Origin: Octopus sinensis
Lineage: Eukaryota
Direction of reading: 5' to 3'
Assembly: GCF_006345805.1 (NCBI RefSeq)
Contig: NC_043007.1
Location: 21,576,001 to 21,640,000 of the forward strand
Length of the DNA: 64,000 nt
The notes beneath the pieces are model-generated. The model worked only from the letters and a program-made list of their open reading frames with translations, was not told the origin of the DNA and made no database searches. Below are positions 38,470 through 50,800 of this stretch, one piece after another (within the stretch, counting starts at the first letter, position 1; every line of letters begins with the position of its first letter). The position numbers and the translations under genes are program-made.

Positions 38470-38793
38470 AATACAAAATGGGACAAGAAGGCAAAACATC
38501 TGGAGAGCTAGGTGACACAAAAAGGGACAACAAAACATCCAGACAGAAAACAAGGACAGGTCATTCAAACATTTCTTTCTTCAGTCAAGCACCAGATTAT
38601 CCTCACAATTTTAGCTGATTATTCTTGATATAATCAGCCGAAATTGCGAGGATAATCTGGTGCTTGACTGAGGATAAAAGGCTTCGAATGACCCGTCCTT
38701 GTTTTCTTTGTATCGTCTATCTGGATGGTTTGTTGCTCCTTTTTGTATTACCTAACTGTCCGGATGTTTTGTGTTCTTGTCCCATTTTGTATT
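38470..38793. repeat. Foldback element
   Basis: Arms of about 150-165 nt around a ~7-nt loop, flanked by TA-rich tracts. Confidence 0.85.
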
Positions 38794-39339
38794 ATGTGTG
38801 TATATATATATATAGCAGCATACATACACTTTAGTCTCTTATATATAGAGAGGGGGGTGGTACAGGTATAGGTGTGTGACTTAAGAAATTAACTTCTAAA
38901 CCATGTTATTTTGGGATTCAGTCCCACTGCATGCCAACTTCGGCACCTATTAAGCTGAGATTAGATGGATAACCATCTGCAGAATAATGCATCCTCTAAT
39001 AAATATGAAATCCTAATATATCTTGAAATAAAAATAATTGTCGTTTTTTTTTTCTGTAGACTGATAATAACTAAGAACAGCTAACGATATAAGACGGTTT
39101 TAATTTTAGCACATGCAATTAGAAAAAAATACAAACGTATAATATTGATTGTGTGTGTGTGTATATGAGAGTATTAGCATACGTGACTCCATGCCGTGAA
39201 CATATATATAATGAGTATTTTTGAAATTCAAATAGCATATCTACACACGCGTGCATGTGTGTGTGTGTGTATGTATGATGCGTATTGACTCTCCCATCTC
39301 GGTGCAGGTTAAGAATTATGTTTGTGTGTGTGTATGTAT

Positions 39340-39434
39340 ATATAGATACATACCTATATAAACGCAAATACATACATATATATATACATACATATATTAC
39401 ATATATATATATATACATAAATACATACATATAT

Positions 39435-39492
<58 letters not shown>

Positions 39493-39570
39493 CATATATT
39501 ACATATATATATATATACATACATACATATATTACATATATATATATATATATATACATACATACATACA

Positions 39571-39604
<34 letters not shown>

Positions 39605-39941
39605 CATATATTCATACATGCATGCGTACATTGTTTGCGTCATACTTATAGGCTTTTTCTATTTTGAGTTCAACCATTAAAACCAAATTATGTCTATACA
39701 CACACACACACATGCACATTCACAAATACACACTCACACACACACACACACATGCACTGCAAAATAAGAGAGAATTTAACGAATAAATCAACTACAATTC
39801 AAACCTCCCATATTTTTGGCTTCCTACCAATTATTTTATCTTACTTGCTAATTTTCTTTTCTTTGCTTTTTTTTCTTTTAACTTTGTCTCTATTTTAATT
39901 AATTACTCTCTCTCACTCTCTCAAGTACGTGTGTATGTATG

Positions 39942-39999
<58 letters not shown>

Positions 40000-40130
40000 T
40001 ACATACATACATACATACATACATACATACATACATACATACATGTATATATTTACACACATATATATACACACACACATGCATATATACACACACACAC
40101 ACATGCATATATACATATATACTATTGGAA
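39340..40130. repeat. Two compound (TA)/(TACA)/(CA) microsatellite blocks
   Basis: Directly visible at about 39340-39620 and 39930-40130. Confidence 0.9.
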
Positions 40131-40416
40131 TTGTACCTGTCTACCACCCTCTCCAAACTATGCAACAAAGTCAAAGACCCCAATCTATTAGAAATACATT
40201 TATATTATTTGTATGTCTGTTAAATAAATATTTTAAATTAAGTATGGCATATATATACATATATATATATATTCTTTTTGTCTTACGCTGGTTATTGGAC
40301 TGCAGCTTTGCTGGGGTACCACATTCAAGAGTTTACTCAAGTTTATTAACCCTAGTAATTATTTTTATGATTTGGTATTTATTTTATCAGTGTTTACTTG
40401 CTGTGTTGCGTAGAGG

Positions 40417-40620
40417 CGCAGTGGCCCAGTGGTTAGGGCAGCGGACTCGCGGTCGTAAGAACGCGGCTTCGATTCCCAGACCAGGCATTGTGCGTGTTTA
40501 TTGAGCAAAAACACCTAAGCTCCATGAGGCTCCAGCAGGGGATAGTGGTGAACCCCGCTGTACTCTTTCATCACAATTTTCTCTCACTCTTTCTTCCTAT
40601 TTCTGCCACAAAGCAGAGGA
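40417..40620 (+). mobile_element. tRNA-derived SINE (distinct head)
   Basis: GGCGCAGTGGCCCAGTGGTTAGGG...TTCGATTCCC head then TTGAGCAAAAACACC. Confidence 0.65.
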
Positions 40621-41571
40621 ATCACGGGGTAACCCACTATGGTGTGGTAAAATTTCAGACCCTAGTCTAGATTGCGAATCCTCTGTACCCCAGGATGGTT
40701 CAGCTCTCCACCTGTTAAAAGCCACTGTTTACGGAATGAGGGTAACAATGTAGCTTTCATGCCCGTAAAACCACCAGTCTATCGCGTGTGGTGGGTGGAT
40801 CTTCAATTGCCACACACATTCTTAGTAGCTTAGAGTAGGCTTGAATTAGAGATTATTCTCTGTGTCTAATGGCATGAATCGGATTGGAAGAAGAAGGAGA
40901 CACACAACATAAATGGTTTTAAGCAGCATAAACCGACATACACTCATGCAAGAATGTGTTTATTTACAGGTGTGTTTGTGTGTGCAGGCAGCAGAATCGT
41001 GAGCACATCAGACAAGACACTTTGTGGTATTTCTTCCGGGTCTTAACTTTTTGAGTTCTAGTCCCACCAAAGTCATTACTTTCATCCGTTCACGGTCAAT
41101 CAGATTAGCACTCAACCATGCCTGCACTCAACCATGCCTGCACTCAACCATGCTTACGTATATTCACTCACTCGTAATTTGTATAGTTATACATACATGC
41201 AATTTGTGTGTGTGTCTATGTACCATATCAGGACAACACCTGCTTTGGTTAATTACCCTTCTCCAATATATTAACAAGTTTTAAATCATCTGTTGTCCAT
41301 GGATGGTAAATGTCCTAGACTCGTGTGTACAATTATACACCAGGGGTAACTTCCTAAAATATGCATACATACTAATGTAAAGAAATGTGGGGGTAAGCAC
41401 ATTAGACACATCAATATATGAAATATATTAAATACAAAATACATATAAGAGGGATGCCCACTATGTGGACATCCATTATGCTAGAAGTAGATTCGCTATT
41501 GTCTTACTACTAAGAAAGGAATGTCCTCAAGAAAATTTTAGTTTGAATCTTTTGAACGCTAGTAGGTGTAT

Positions 41572-42142
41572 TCATCATCATCATCATCATCATCATCATA
41601 TAGCGTCCGCTTTCCATGCTAGCATGTGTTCGACGGTTCAACTGGGGTCTGGGAAGCCAGGAGGCTGCACCAGGCCCAGTCTGATCTGGCAATGTTTCTA
41701 TGGCTGGATGCCCTTCCTAACGCCAACCACTTCATGAGTGTAGTGGGTGTTTTTTACGTGCCACCGGCACGGAGGCCAGGCGAGGCTGGCAACGGCCACG
41801 ATCGGATGGTGCTTTTTACGTGCCACCAGCACAGAGGCCAGGCAAGGCTGGCAATGGCCACGATCGGATGGTGCTTTTTATGTGCCACCGGCACAGAGGC
41901 GAGGCTGGCAACGGCCACGATCGGATGGTGTTTTTTATGTGCCACCGGCACGGAGGCCAGGCGAGGCTGGCAACGGCCACGATCAGATGGTGCTTTTTAC
42001 GTGCCACCAGCACGGAGGCCAGGCAAGGCTGGCAATGGCCACGATCGGATGGTGCTTTTTATGTGCCATCGGCACGGAGGCCAGTCAGGGCGGCGCTGGC
42101 AACGGCCACGTTCGGATGGTTCTCTTATGTGCCACCGATGGA
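41572..42142 (-). mobile_element. Family-C element with six ~62-bp tandem units
   Basis: Unit starts at 41758, 41820, 41882, 41939, 42001, 42063 and a stub at 42129. Confidence 0.9.
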
Positions 42143-42859
42143 AAATATCTGGATCTCTTCTGTGAGCTATATATTAATGTAAACACATACATTTACATTC
42201 TAACAGAGAGAAATGCACAGATATAAATAATGTTTGTAGAAATATTAACATGAGAACTTGGCAGGACATAAACCTTCTATTTCTTGTGACGTATCAGTTT
42301 AATGACAACGTTGCCACATGCCATCAACAGAATTCCTCCCACCTTTCACATCAGTCTCTTATGTCTGCATGCAGAAAATTTTTAGATCGCTTCTTCTTTT
42401 CTTTTTTTTTTCCTTTGGACATTTTATTTTATTTTTGATTTTTCAACAATCGTAGTTATGTTCCCATTTGGCCATAATTCTGATAGATTCCATTAAAGCT
42501 CTTCCTTAATGATTCAAAACAGGAAAATAAGAAAGAAATGCCGAAACCCATACGAGACAATAGACAGGCAGTGTAGGTGCACCGTTTGAAAAATGATATC
42601 AATCTTTTGACGTGTATGTGCTGGTAAACTCAGAGGCAGATATCGTACGACAGACATAATAATGCGCATGTGCACACATGTATATGCACACTCACACACA
42701 CGCAATATTATTATCATTACAGTAAATATTTCATATATTCTGTTTTCCTTTGTTTAAAATGTTGGCATGTGTTTTGCTAGTGTTAACTTGCATCAATAAA
42801 TTCAATTTACATATGTGTGTGTGTGCACAAGCACAGAACACACATGAACCAGTCTTGGT

Positions 42860-43097
42860 CTCTCCTCTCACCCCTCTCTCCTCTCTCTCTCTTTCTCTCT
42901 CCTCTCTCTTTTTCTTTCTCTCTTTCTTTCTCTCTTTCTCTCTCTTTCTTTCTTTCTCTCTTTCTCTCTCTTTTTCTGTCTCTTTCTCTCTCTCTCTTTT
43001 TCTCTTTCTTTCTCTCTCTCTTTCTCTCTCTCTCCCTTTCTCTCTCTTTCTCTCTCTCTCTCTTTCTCCTCTCTCTCCCTCCCCCCTCTCTCTCTCA
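42860..43097. repeat. (TC)n/(TTTC)n polypyrimidine tract
   Basis: Directly visible. Confidence 0.95.
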
Positions 43098-43279
43098 GTA
43101 GTGTAGTTTCTCTCCATTGCTATTCTGAGTTTCGCATTTCAGTTTTAACCAGCTGTGCAAAACGAAAATGGTTGCAGTGACAGAGGGAATCCTCTGCATT
43201 CAATAAACGAATAAATTCGACTATATTTAGTGAGTGCACCACCACCTCCAGTTTGTAAAATCCAAACATATATATTTTA

Positions 43280-43662
43280 ACTCTTTTACTTGTTCAGTCA
43301 CGTGACTGTGGCCATGCTGGAGCACCGCCTTTAATCGAGCAAATCGACTCCAGGACTTATTCTTTTGTAAGCCTAGTACTTATTCTATCGGCCTCTTTTG
43401 CCGAACTGCTAAGTTACGAGGACGTAAACACACCAGCATCGGTTGTCAAGCAATGCTGGGGGGACAAACACAGACACACAAACATATACACACATATATA
43501 CGACAGGCTTCTTTCAGTTTCTGTCTACCAAATCCACTCACAAGGCTTTGGTCGGCCCGAGGCTATAGTAGAAGACACTTGCGCAAAGTGCCATGCAGTG
43601 GGACTGAACCCGGAACCATGTGGTTCATAAGCAAGCTACTTACCACACAGCCACTCCTACGC
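43280..43662 (-). mobile_element. Family-A SINE
   Basis: Reverse complement of consensus. Confidence 0.9.
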
Positions 43663-43839
43663 CAATATATATATTGTGTGTGTGTGTGTTAAAAGCTCAA
43701 CATCACACACACACACACACACACATATAAATAAATATATATACACATACATCTAGATCGATAGATAGATCGATGGTTCTCAATTGGGGGATCGACATAA
43801 CAAAATAGCAAATTAGGGGTGAGGGTCTACAGTGGTATT

Positions 43840-44487
43840 TTAACCCTTTCGTTACTGTATTTATTTTGAGATGTTCTGTGTTTCTTTCAATTACTTTAAA
43901 TATAACTAAAAGAATTTAGTAAAATAACTTAGTTATCATTAAGCTAGTGTTAGGAACATAAATTGTGACTAAGATTTGGTGGAAGATTTTAATTCAAAAC
44001 TTATGAAAACAAGACATTTGTACTACAGGGCCAGAGGTGGTTTCAGCCGGGTTGGTAACGAAAGGGTTGACCGACTAGAATAAAATATAAAATGAATAAA
44101 TAAATAAAAATAAAAGGGAACCCCTACTTTTAATAAACTGAGTATCTGTAATAATATTTCCCTGCCCAAACTGAAAATTTGAAGGTGAGCTAAAGCTTTT
44201 GGAAGCCAAAGAATGGATAAGGATTTCCAGCAGCGTATAGTTTTAGCTCTTGCTGGTCAACAGTTCCTGACAACTCTCAAAGAGATGATTGACCCTTTCG
44301 TTACTGTATTTATTTTGAGATGCTCTGTGTTTCTTTCAATTACTTTAAATATAACAAAGAATTTAGCAAAATAACTTAGTTAGGAACATAAATTGTGACT
44401 AAGGTTTTAATTCAAAACTTATGAAAACAAGACATTTGTACTCAGAGCCAGAGGCGGTTTCAGCTGGGTTGGTAATGAAAGGGTTAA
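43840..44487. mobile_element. Two family-D MITEs (43840-44070, 44289-44487)
   Basis: TIRs present; each has one TTGA in place of TTAA. Confidence 0.85.
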
Positions 44488-46020
44488 TGGCCTCTGAAAA
44501 AATTTGCTTTCGATGTATGTATTGGTATGTATCGCAAGAAACAGCTAGGTTTCTTTCTCTCTAACATTTTACACAGTTCAATTGACACATGTTATTGTGT
44601 TGAAAACAAAGTAGGAATTTTAGAAGTTTCTATAAAACTAGTTTTTAAACATCAAATGGCTATTAGGGTCCACCCGATAAGTAGTAATCAAAAGGGTCCA
44701 TGGATAACAAATAGTTGAGAACCCCTGATATAGCTTGATGTTTGTTTAGGTCAGCCAAGTTTCCTCCAATATGGTGTCTCTTCACTTGTTACAATCCCTT
44801 GCCATATCATTTATAAGGTTCATCATCTTAAGTTCAGTAGTCATGAGTATTTTGATCCTTTCCCTTGGACTCCCTCTTTCCACTCGTTCCTACTTCTTTG
44901 ATGAATTGGTACCTAATTACTCAGCTGTTAGCCTCCATACGTAGGAAGGAGCTTCGTGAGACAACTGCAGAGATGCTTCCACAAAAAAATTTTCATTAAC
45001 CATTGGAAAACCGATTATAGCAGTGACTCAATTAATTACTAACGATATCTGAAGAAGGAATTTTTATATTCCAAAATATCATATCAGGCTATCAATAATT
45101 AAATTATAACAGTTATAGTCCACGCTGCATTGTTGTGCCAGTCAAGACACGTTATATTAATTAAAATAATTATTTGAAAATTTTATATTGGAAATGTTGG
45201 TCCACTTTATGTTTCACTTCAATAGAAAATTTTTTAAATTATTTTATATTAAGCATACTGTTTATTTTAGTCAAACTGGTGTCCTTATCTTGATTGTTGC
45301 TTTTGCCACATTTCGGCAGTTGTATGCTCCAGCCATTTTCTAGTGTCTTGTTTTGAATTCAATTGTTGTATTGGAATTTTGAACCTAACCCTTAATTTGA
45401 TCCCTGGTAGTACACTGCTCTCTGCATTTTGTAACATTCTTTTATTTGCCTTTTTTTTGTGAATTATCTTAGCATGTATTTCATTTGTGTGTGTTATATC
45501 GTTGATGAAATTATTTGAACCATTGCAGGTACTTTATAGATCTACTAAGTATCTGGTACTGTCTAAATCCTACAAGCGGAATGGTATTTATTATTTGTAT
45601 GGGAAGCGCTCCAAAAACGAACCCAACCAAATTCTAAGAGGCAATGATCTCTCAAATGTTTCCACTTTTAAGACACATAGGTGTCAAGTGAGTATGATGA
45701 CGCACTAACCCCACTGGTTTAAACTATATGTCATTCCTCACAAAATATGCATATACATGCACACATGCATATACATACATATATACACATATATGGGTGT
45801 GTATATGTATGTTTGTAGGGGCTTCAATGTATGCATATGTAGGTAGTATTCTTAGGTTTGCATATAGTATTGTGTGTTTCTATCAATGCACAAATGTTTG
45901 TTTGTGTGAGGGAGTTTTCTGTTGCTTCTTTTACTTGTTTCAGTCATTGAAATGCAGCCATGCTGGAGCACTGCTTTCGGTGTTTTGGTTGACTGTATCA
46001 ATCCCAGTACTTAATTCAAT

Positions 46021-46908
46021 AAGGCGGCGAGCTGGCAGAATCGTTAGCACGCTGGGCGAAATGCGTAGCCGTATTTCGTCTGCTGTTACGTTCTGAGTTC
46101 AAATTCCGCCGAGGTCGACTTTGCCTTTCATCCTTTCGGGGTCGATAAATTAAGTACCAGTTACGCACTGGGGTCGATGTAATCGACTTAATACCTATGT
46201 CTGTCCTTGTTTTGTTCCCTCTATGTTTAGCCCCTTGTGGGTAATAAAGAAATAGGTACTTAATTCAATCAGGTACTTATTCTATCAATTTCTATTTATT
46301 TGGGCCAGTGCCGTGTAAAAAGAGCACTTGTGCCAGAGTCACATAGAAGAGGAATTGGGCCTCATAAAAAGGGCATCCGTGTTGGTGTCACATAGAAAAC
46401 CTTTGTGCCAGTGCCACCGTATAAAGAATCCTTGCTGGTGCCACATAAAACCACCCAGTGCACTCTGCAAAGTGGTTGGCATTAGGAACGGCATCCAGCC
46501 ATAAAAACCATGCTAAAACAGACACCTGCAGCTTGATGCAGCCCTCCATCTTATCAGCTTCTGTCAAATTGGTTGATGCTAAAACCATAGATGCAGTACT
46601 ATCATGTTGGTCATTTATTATTCAAGTGGATACAACAAAGCTCTAATGAGTAATATCTAACATTATTATTATTAATTAAGGCAGCGAGCTGGCAGAATCG
46701 TTTGCATGAGAGGACAAACAAGGACAGACAAACGGATTAAGTCGATTATATCGACCCCAGTGCGTAACTGGTACTTATTTAATTGACCCCAAAAAGATGA
46801 AAGGCAAAGTCGACCTCGGCAGAATTTGAACTCAGAACGTAACGGCAGACGAAATACTGCTAAGCATTTCGCCCGGCATGCTAACGCTTCTGCCAGCTTG
46901 CTGCCTTA
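46021..46908. mobile_element. Inverted pair of family-B SINEs (+ 46021-46255; - 46705-46908)
   Basis: Both align to consensus in opposite orientations. Confidence 0.9.
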
Positions 46909-47226
46909 TTGAAATCTCAAAGCTATGGGAGATAATGCATGATTAATTCAAAACAATGTGAATAAATAAGCATTACATTTGAGTGAGCAGTCTGAATGCT
47001 TAGGGGTTAAACAGGAAGCTGGTATGATAAAACCAAGGGCAGTCTCAGGCGGGTTTGTACCCAAAGATCTATTCCATTCTATCCTGTCATCTGTCCTCAG
47101 TAAGTTGAATATCAAAAGAAAAAATTGCTGTTCTTGTTGTTACTGGGCATTGTATAACTAGCAAATGTTTGAAAATTGCTTTCTAAATCTCACGAGAGAT
47201 ATTCAGCAACAGTAAAGATTTTTGCC

Positions 47227-47566
47227 AACATAACAAGGTAGTCCTGGTTTAGGACGAATGTTCCTGTAATTTAGCCCCAGGAGATATCGTCTCCAGCTGG
47301 CTATATGGCATGATCGGTGTCTTTATATTTTCAAATAAGGGAATCTAGCACCCCAACTCAGCTCAAAACAATATCTGTGTATCGTGATTTCCTGGTTATT
47401 TCCCTTCGCGATACACAGATATTGTTTTGAGCTGAGTGGGGGTGTTAGATCCCCTTGTTCGAAAATATAAGGACACAGATCGTGTCATATAGCCAGCTGG
47501 AGATGATGTCTCCTGGGGCTAAATTACAGCAACATTCATCCTAAGCCAGGACTACCATGTTATGTT
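47227..47566. repeat. Foldback element
   Basis: Arms 47227-47387 and 47406-47566 with an 18-nt loop. Confidence 0.9.
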
Positions 47567-48507
47567 TGTTTAGATCCTGGTCAGCTTTGATCAAGCAAGC
47601 CTGAAATCAAAGGCATTCCAGTTGTGTCCATCCCTTCAGAGACAACATTATCTTATGTCTTTTATTTAATATGGTTAGTCCACATTACTCCGAGAGGGAA
47701 TATAGGGCTGGTTTCCGAGTTTCTCTGGCGTGTATGTTCTCCACCTGGACGGGATGCCAGTCCATCACAGCTTTACTCCTTTTTACCAGCTGAGTGGACT
47801 GGAGCAGCATGAAATTAAGTGTTTTTGCTAAAGAACACATCTCATCACCTGGTCCAGGAATCGAAATCACAATCTTACAATCATGAGTCCAACACCCTAA
47901 CCACTGAGCCATGCACCTCCACTTTTATTTTATATATTATAGAGTGTAATTTGAGGAAGTTTGGCTGCTATTTCTAACAGTAATTGATTTCTGTTTTATA
48001 GCATTCTGCAAAAACTGTTCTTTGAATGATTTTAATGTTTAATTTATCTGATCAACCTGTATCGATTATGGTTTTAATATGTCAATAAAATAATGTAGTC
48101 TGTGTAATGCTTACAGGTTTTTAAAATGTTGCGCTTAGGTTAATATTTAATTGAATCAATTATCATAATTTTCATTTATACTTTAAAGCACTTTCAAACT
48201 CCTTTTATTACCCCTGTGGAAATTAGGTTTGTGGGTTAGTGGTTTGGCTCACGATCGTAAGGTCACGGGTTTAATTCCTGGTGATGCATTGTGTCCTTGA
48301 GTGAGACCCTTTATTTCATGTTGCTCCAGTCCACTCAGCTGATAGAAACGAGTAGTCCCTGTATTTCAAAGGGACCAGCCTTGTCATATCTTGTATCACG
48401 CTGAATGTCCCAGAGAACTACATGAAGGGTATGCGTCTATGGAGTGCTCAGCCACTTGCATGTTAATTTCAAGAGCAAGCTGTTCCATTGGTCAGATCAA
48501 CCGGAAC

Positions 48508-49130
48508 TAGGGGCTGACTAAGCTATCAGTCAGTCGGGCACTGCCTGAGGGCCCAGAGCTGTCAGTCAATCGGGCACTGCCTGAGGGCCCATAGTTGTCA
48601 GTCAATCGGGCACTGCCTGAGGGCCCACAGCTGTCAGTCACTCGAGTACTGCCTGAGGGCCTATAGCTGTCAGTCAATCAGGCACTACCTGAGGGCCCAT
48701 AGGTGTCAGTCACTCGGGCACTGCCTGAGGGCCCATAGCTGTCAGTCAATCGGGCACTACCTGAGGGCCCATAGGTGTCAGTCACTCGGGCACTGCCTGA
48801 GGGCCCATAGCTGTCAGTCAATCGGGCACTGCCTGAGGACCCATAGCTGTCAGTCAGTCGGGCACTACCTGAGGGCCCAGAGCTGTCAGACAATCGGGTA
48901 CTACATGAGGGCCCATAGCTGTCAGTCAATCGGGCACTGCCTGAGGGCCCAGAGCTGTCAGTCAATCGGGCACTGCCTGAGGGCCCAGAGCTGTCAGTCA
49001 GTCGGGCACTGCCTGAGGCCCAGAGCACTGAGGGGCCTACACTCTACATGTTAACTCTACTAAAACACATTCAAAGAGGCTCAATAAGCAGTTATACCCG
49101 GGGGCCCTTAATACTCTCAGTCCACCCCTG
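48508..49130. mobile_element. hAT-type MITE containing a 36-bp minisatellite, inserted into an H-type SINE
   Basis: Ends TAGGGGCTGACT / AGTCCACCCCTG; 8-bp TSD ACCGGAAC/ACTGGAAC; host SINE resumes after 49138. Confidence 0.8.
48527..49027. repeat. Minisatellite, about 14 copies of CAGTCAATCGGGCACTGCCTGAGGGCCCATAGCTGT
   Basis: 36-bp period with no spacers. Confidence 0.95.
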
Positions 49131-49184
49131 ACTGGAACCCTCATCATCTTAACTGATAGAGTGCCAGAATATTAGGTGCTTTAC

Positions 49185-49373
49185 AGTTCTATATTTAAGA
49201 GATGAGGAATTATGTACATTATTTACATTTGACGGATATTTGTCCTCATCTTGTTGTTAACACGTTTCATCTGATATACCCTCCAGCCTTCATCAGGTGT
49301 CTTGGGGAAACTTCAAACCTGTGTTAACAACAAACAAGATGAGGACCAATATCGGTCAAATGTAAATAATGTA
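49185..49373. mobile_element. Penelope-like remnant with inverted arms
   Basis: Same family as 21485; arms at about 49215-49263 and 49321-49373. Confidence 0.6.
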
Positions 49374-49409
49374 TTAGGTGCCCTGTATAAATTAAAGTTT
49401 ACTTTGCTT

Positions 49410-49832
49410 ATTTCCTATTTCTTTACTACCCACAAGAGGCTAAACATAGAGAGGACAAACAAGGACAGATACATGGATTAAGTCGATAATATCGACCCCA
49501 GTGCATAACTGGTACTTACTTAATTGACCCCGAAAGGATGAAAGGCAAAGTCAACCTTGGCGGAATTTGAACTCAGAACGTAGCGGCAAACAAAATACCT
49601 ATTTCTTTACTACCCACAAGAGGCTAAACACAGAGGGGACAGACAAGGACAGACAAACAGATTAAGTCGATTATATCGACCCCAGTGTGTAACTGGTATT
49701 TATTTAATCGACCCCGAAAGGATGAAAGGTAAAGTCGACCTTGGTGGAATTTGAACTCAGAACGTAACGGCAGACGAAATACCGCTAAGCATTTCGCCTG
49801 GCGTGCTAACGATTCTGCCAGCTCGCTGCCTT
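49410..49832 (-). mobile_element. Family-B dimer
   Basis: Reverse complement with the same internal junction. Confidence 0.9.
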
Positions 49833-50653
49833 ACCACACAGCTACACCTGTGCCTATCCAATATAGGTATAGCCTTAATTAATTAAACTATTGTGTTTGC
49901 TACATTCAATATGTTAGCACTTAGATCACTCTTGTTGATTGACCTGTCTCTGACCAGTGTGTCACCATTACTTAATTCATTAATCATGACTGAACGCAAA
50001 GCCTTATTCTGATGGGATTTGAAATACAGAAAGCAGGGACAAAATTAATTAGTTCCATACTCGGCTACAAACTTCTGCCAAGACACAATCTTGTTAAAGC
50101 TTGTTATCATCAGACAACCATTTCGGGTTCTATGCCCAACTAAACATAATTATTTTGAACAACAACATATCAATTATTTACATATTTGTATTTATTGCCT
50201 TTTTATCTTCTCTTTTTGCTTTTTTTTTTGTTTTTTTTGTTTTTTTTGTTTCTTCACTTCGCCTTCCCCGTGTGTAAGTAGATCTGCATATGCCTCGGTT
50301 TAATTAGCCTATTATCTTAATTACCTCTCTCACTTAATTTTGATAACCATAACGCTCTTTGTTAATTACCCTACCCCTTCTATATACCCCCCCCCCGATT
50401 GTCCTTTTTTTTCTTTCTTTTATTTATGTCATGTGTCGTGCTATCACACCACATAAGTATCTTTGTATCCACACCGTAACAATCATTAGCCTCAGTCTCT
50501 TACCAAACCAGATTTGATCTTTAAACATTCCTATCAGTAAGTTATGAACATTCACTATAGCCATGGAAAACAAACCAAAGGTTAGTTCTGGATTAATTCA
50601 TTCACTTTCATCATTTAGAATTTCTTTTTTTTATCTTTTACTTTACTGATGTA

Positions 50654-50800
50654 CCGTAAATCCTCGAGTATAGTCCGCCCTTGAGTATAATACGCAGGGG
50701 ATTTTTAGGGGGCTGTACCTCTGAAAAACCTAAACCTCATGTATAATACGCACCCCTTCTCTAACTTGAGTGAAGGAGGTCTGTATAACGTTCTTGGTTT
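50654..50800 (+). mobile_element. Possible pogo/Tigger-like left end
   Basis: TA-CCGTAAATCCTCGAGTATAGTCCGC with repeated GTATAATACGCA; right end not found. Confidence 0.4.

Noticed and set aside
38660-38700. CTGAGGA...CGAATGACC as a hammerhead
   Set aside because: GAAA is not intact and no consistent helix I or II can be built in either arm.
41626-42226. 179/159-aa ORFs with repeated ATATIGWCFL
   Set aside because: Translations of the family-C internal tandem units.
42731-43117. ER/RE-rich and SL-rich ORFs
   Set aside because: Frames of the (TC)n tract.
48527-49027. 36-bp repeats as a CRISPR array, or the 116-aa S/G ORF as a gene
   Set aside because: Units are contiguous with no spacers, there are no cas genes and the context is eukaryotic; the ORF is open only because 36 is a multiple of 3.
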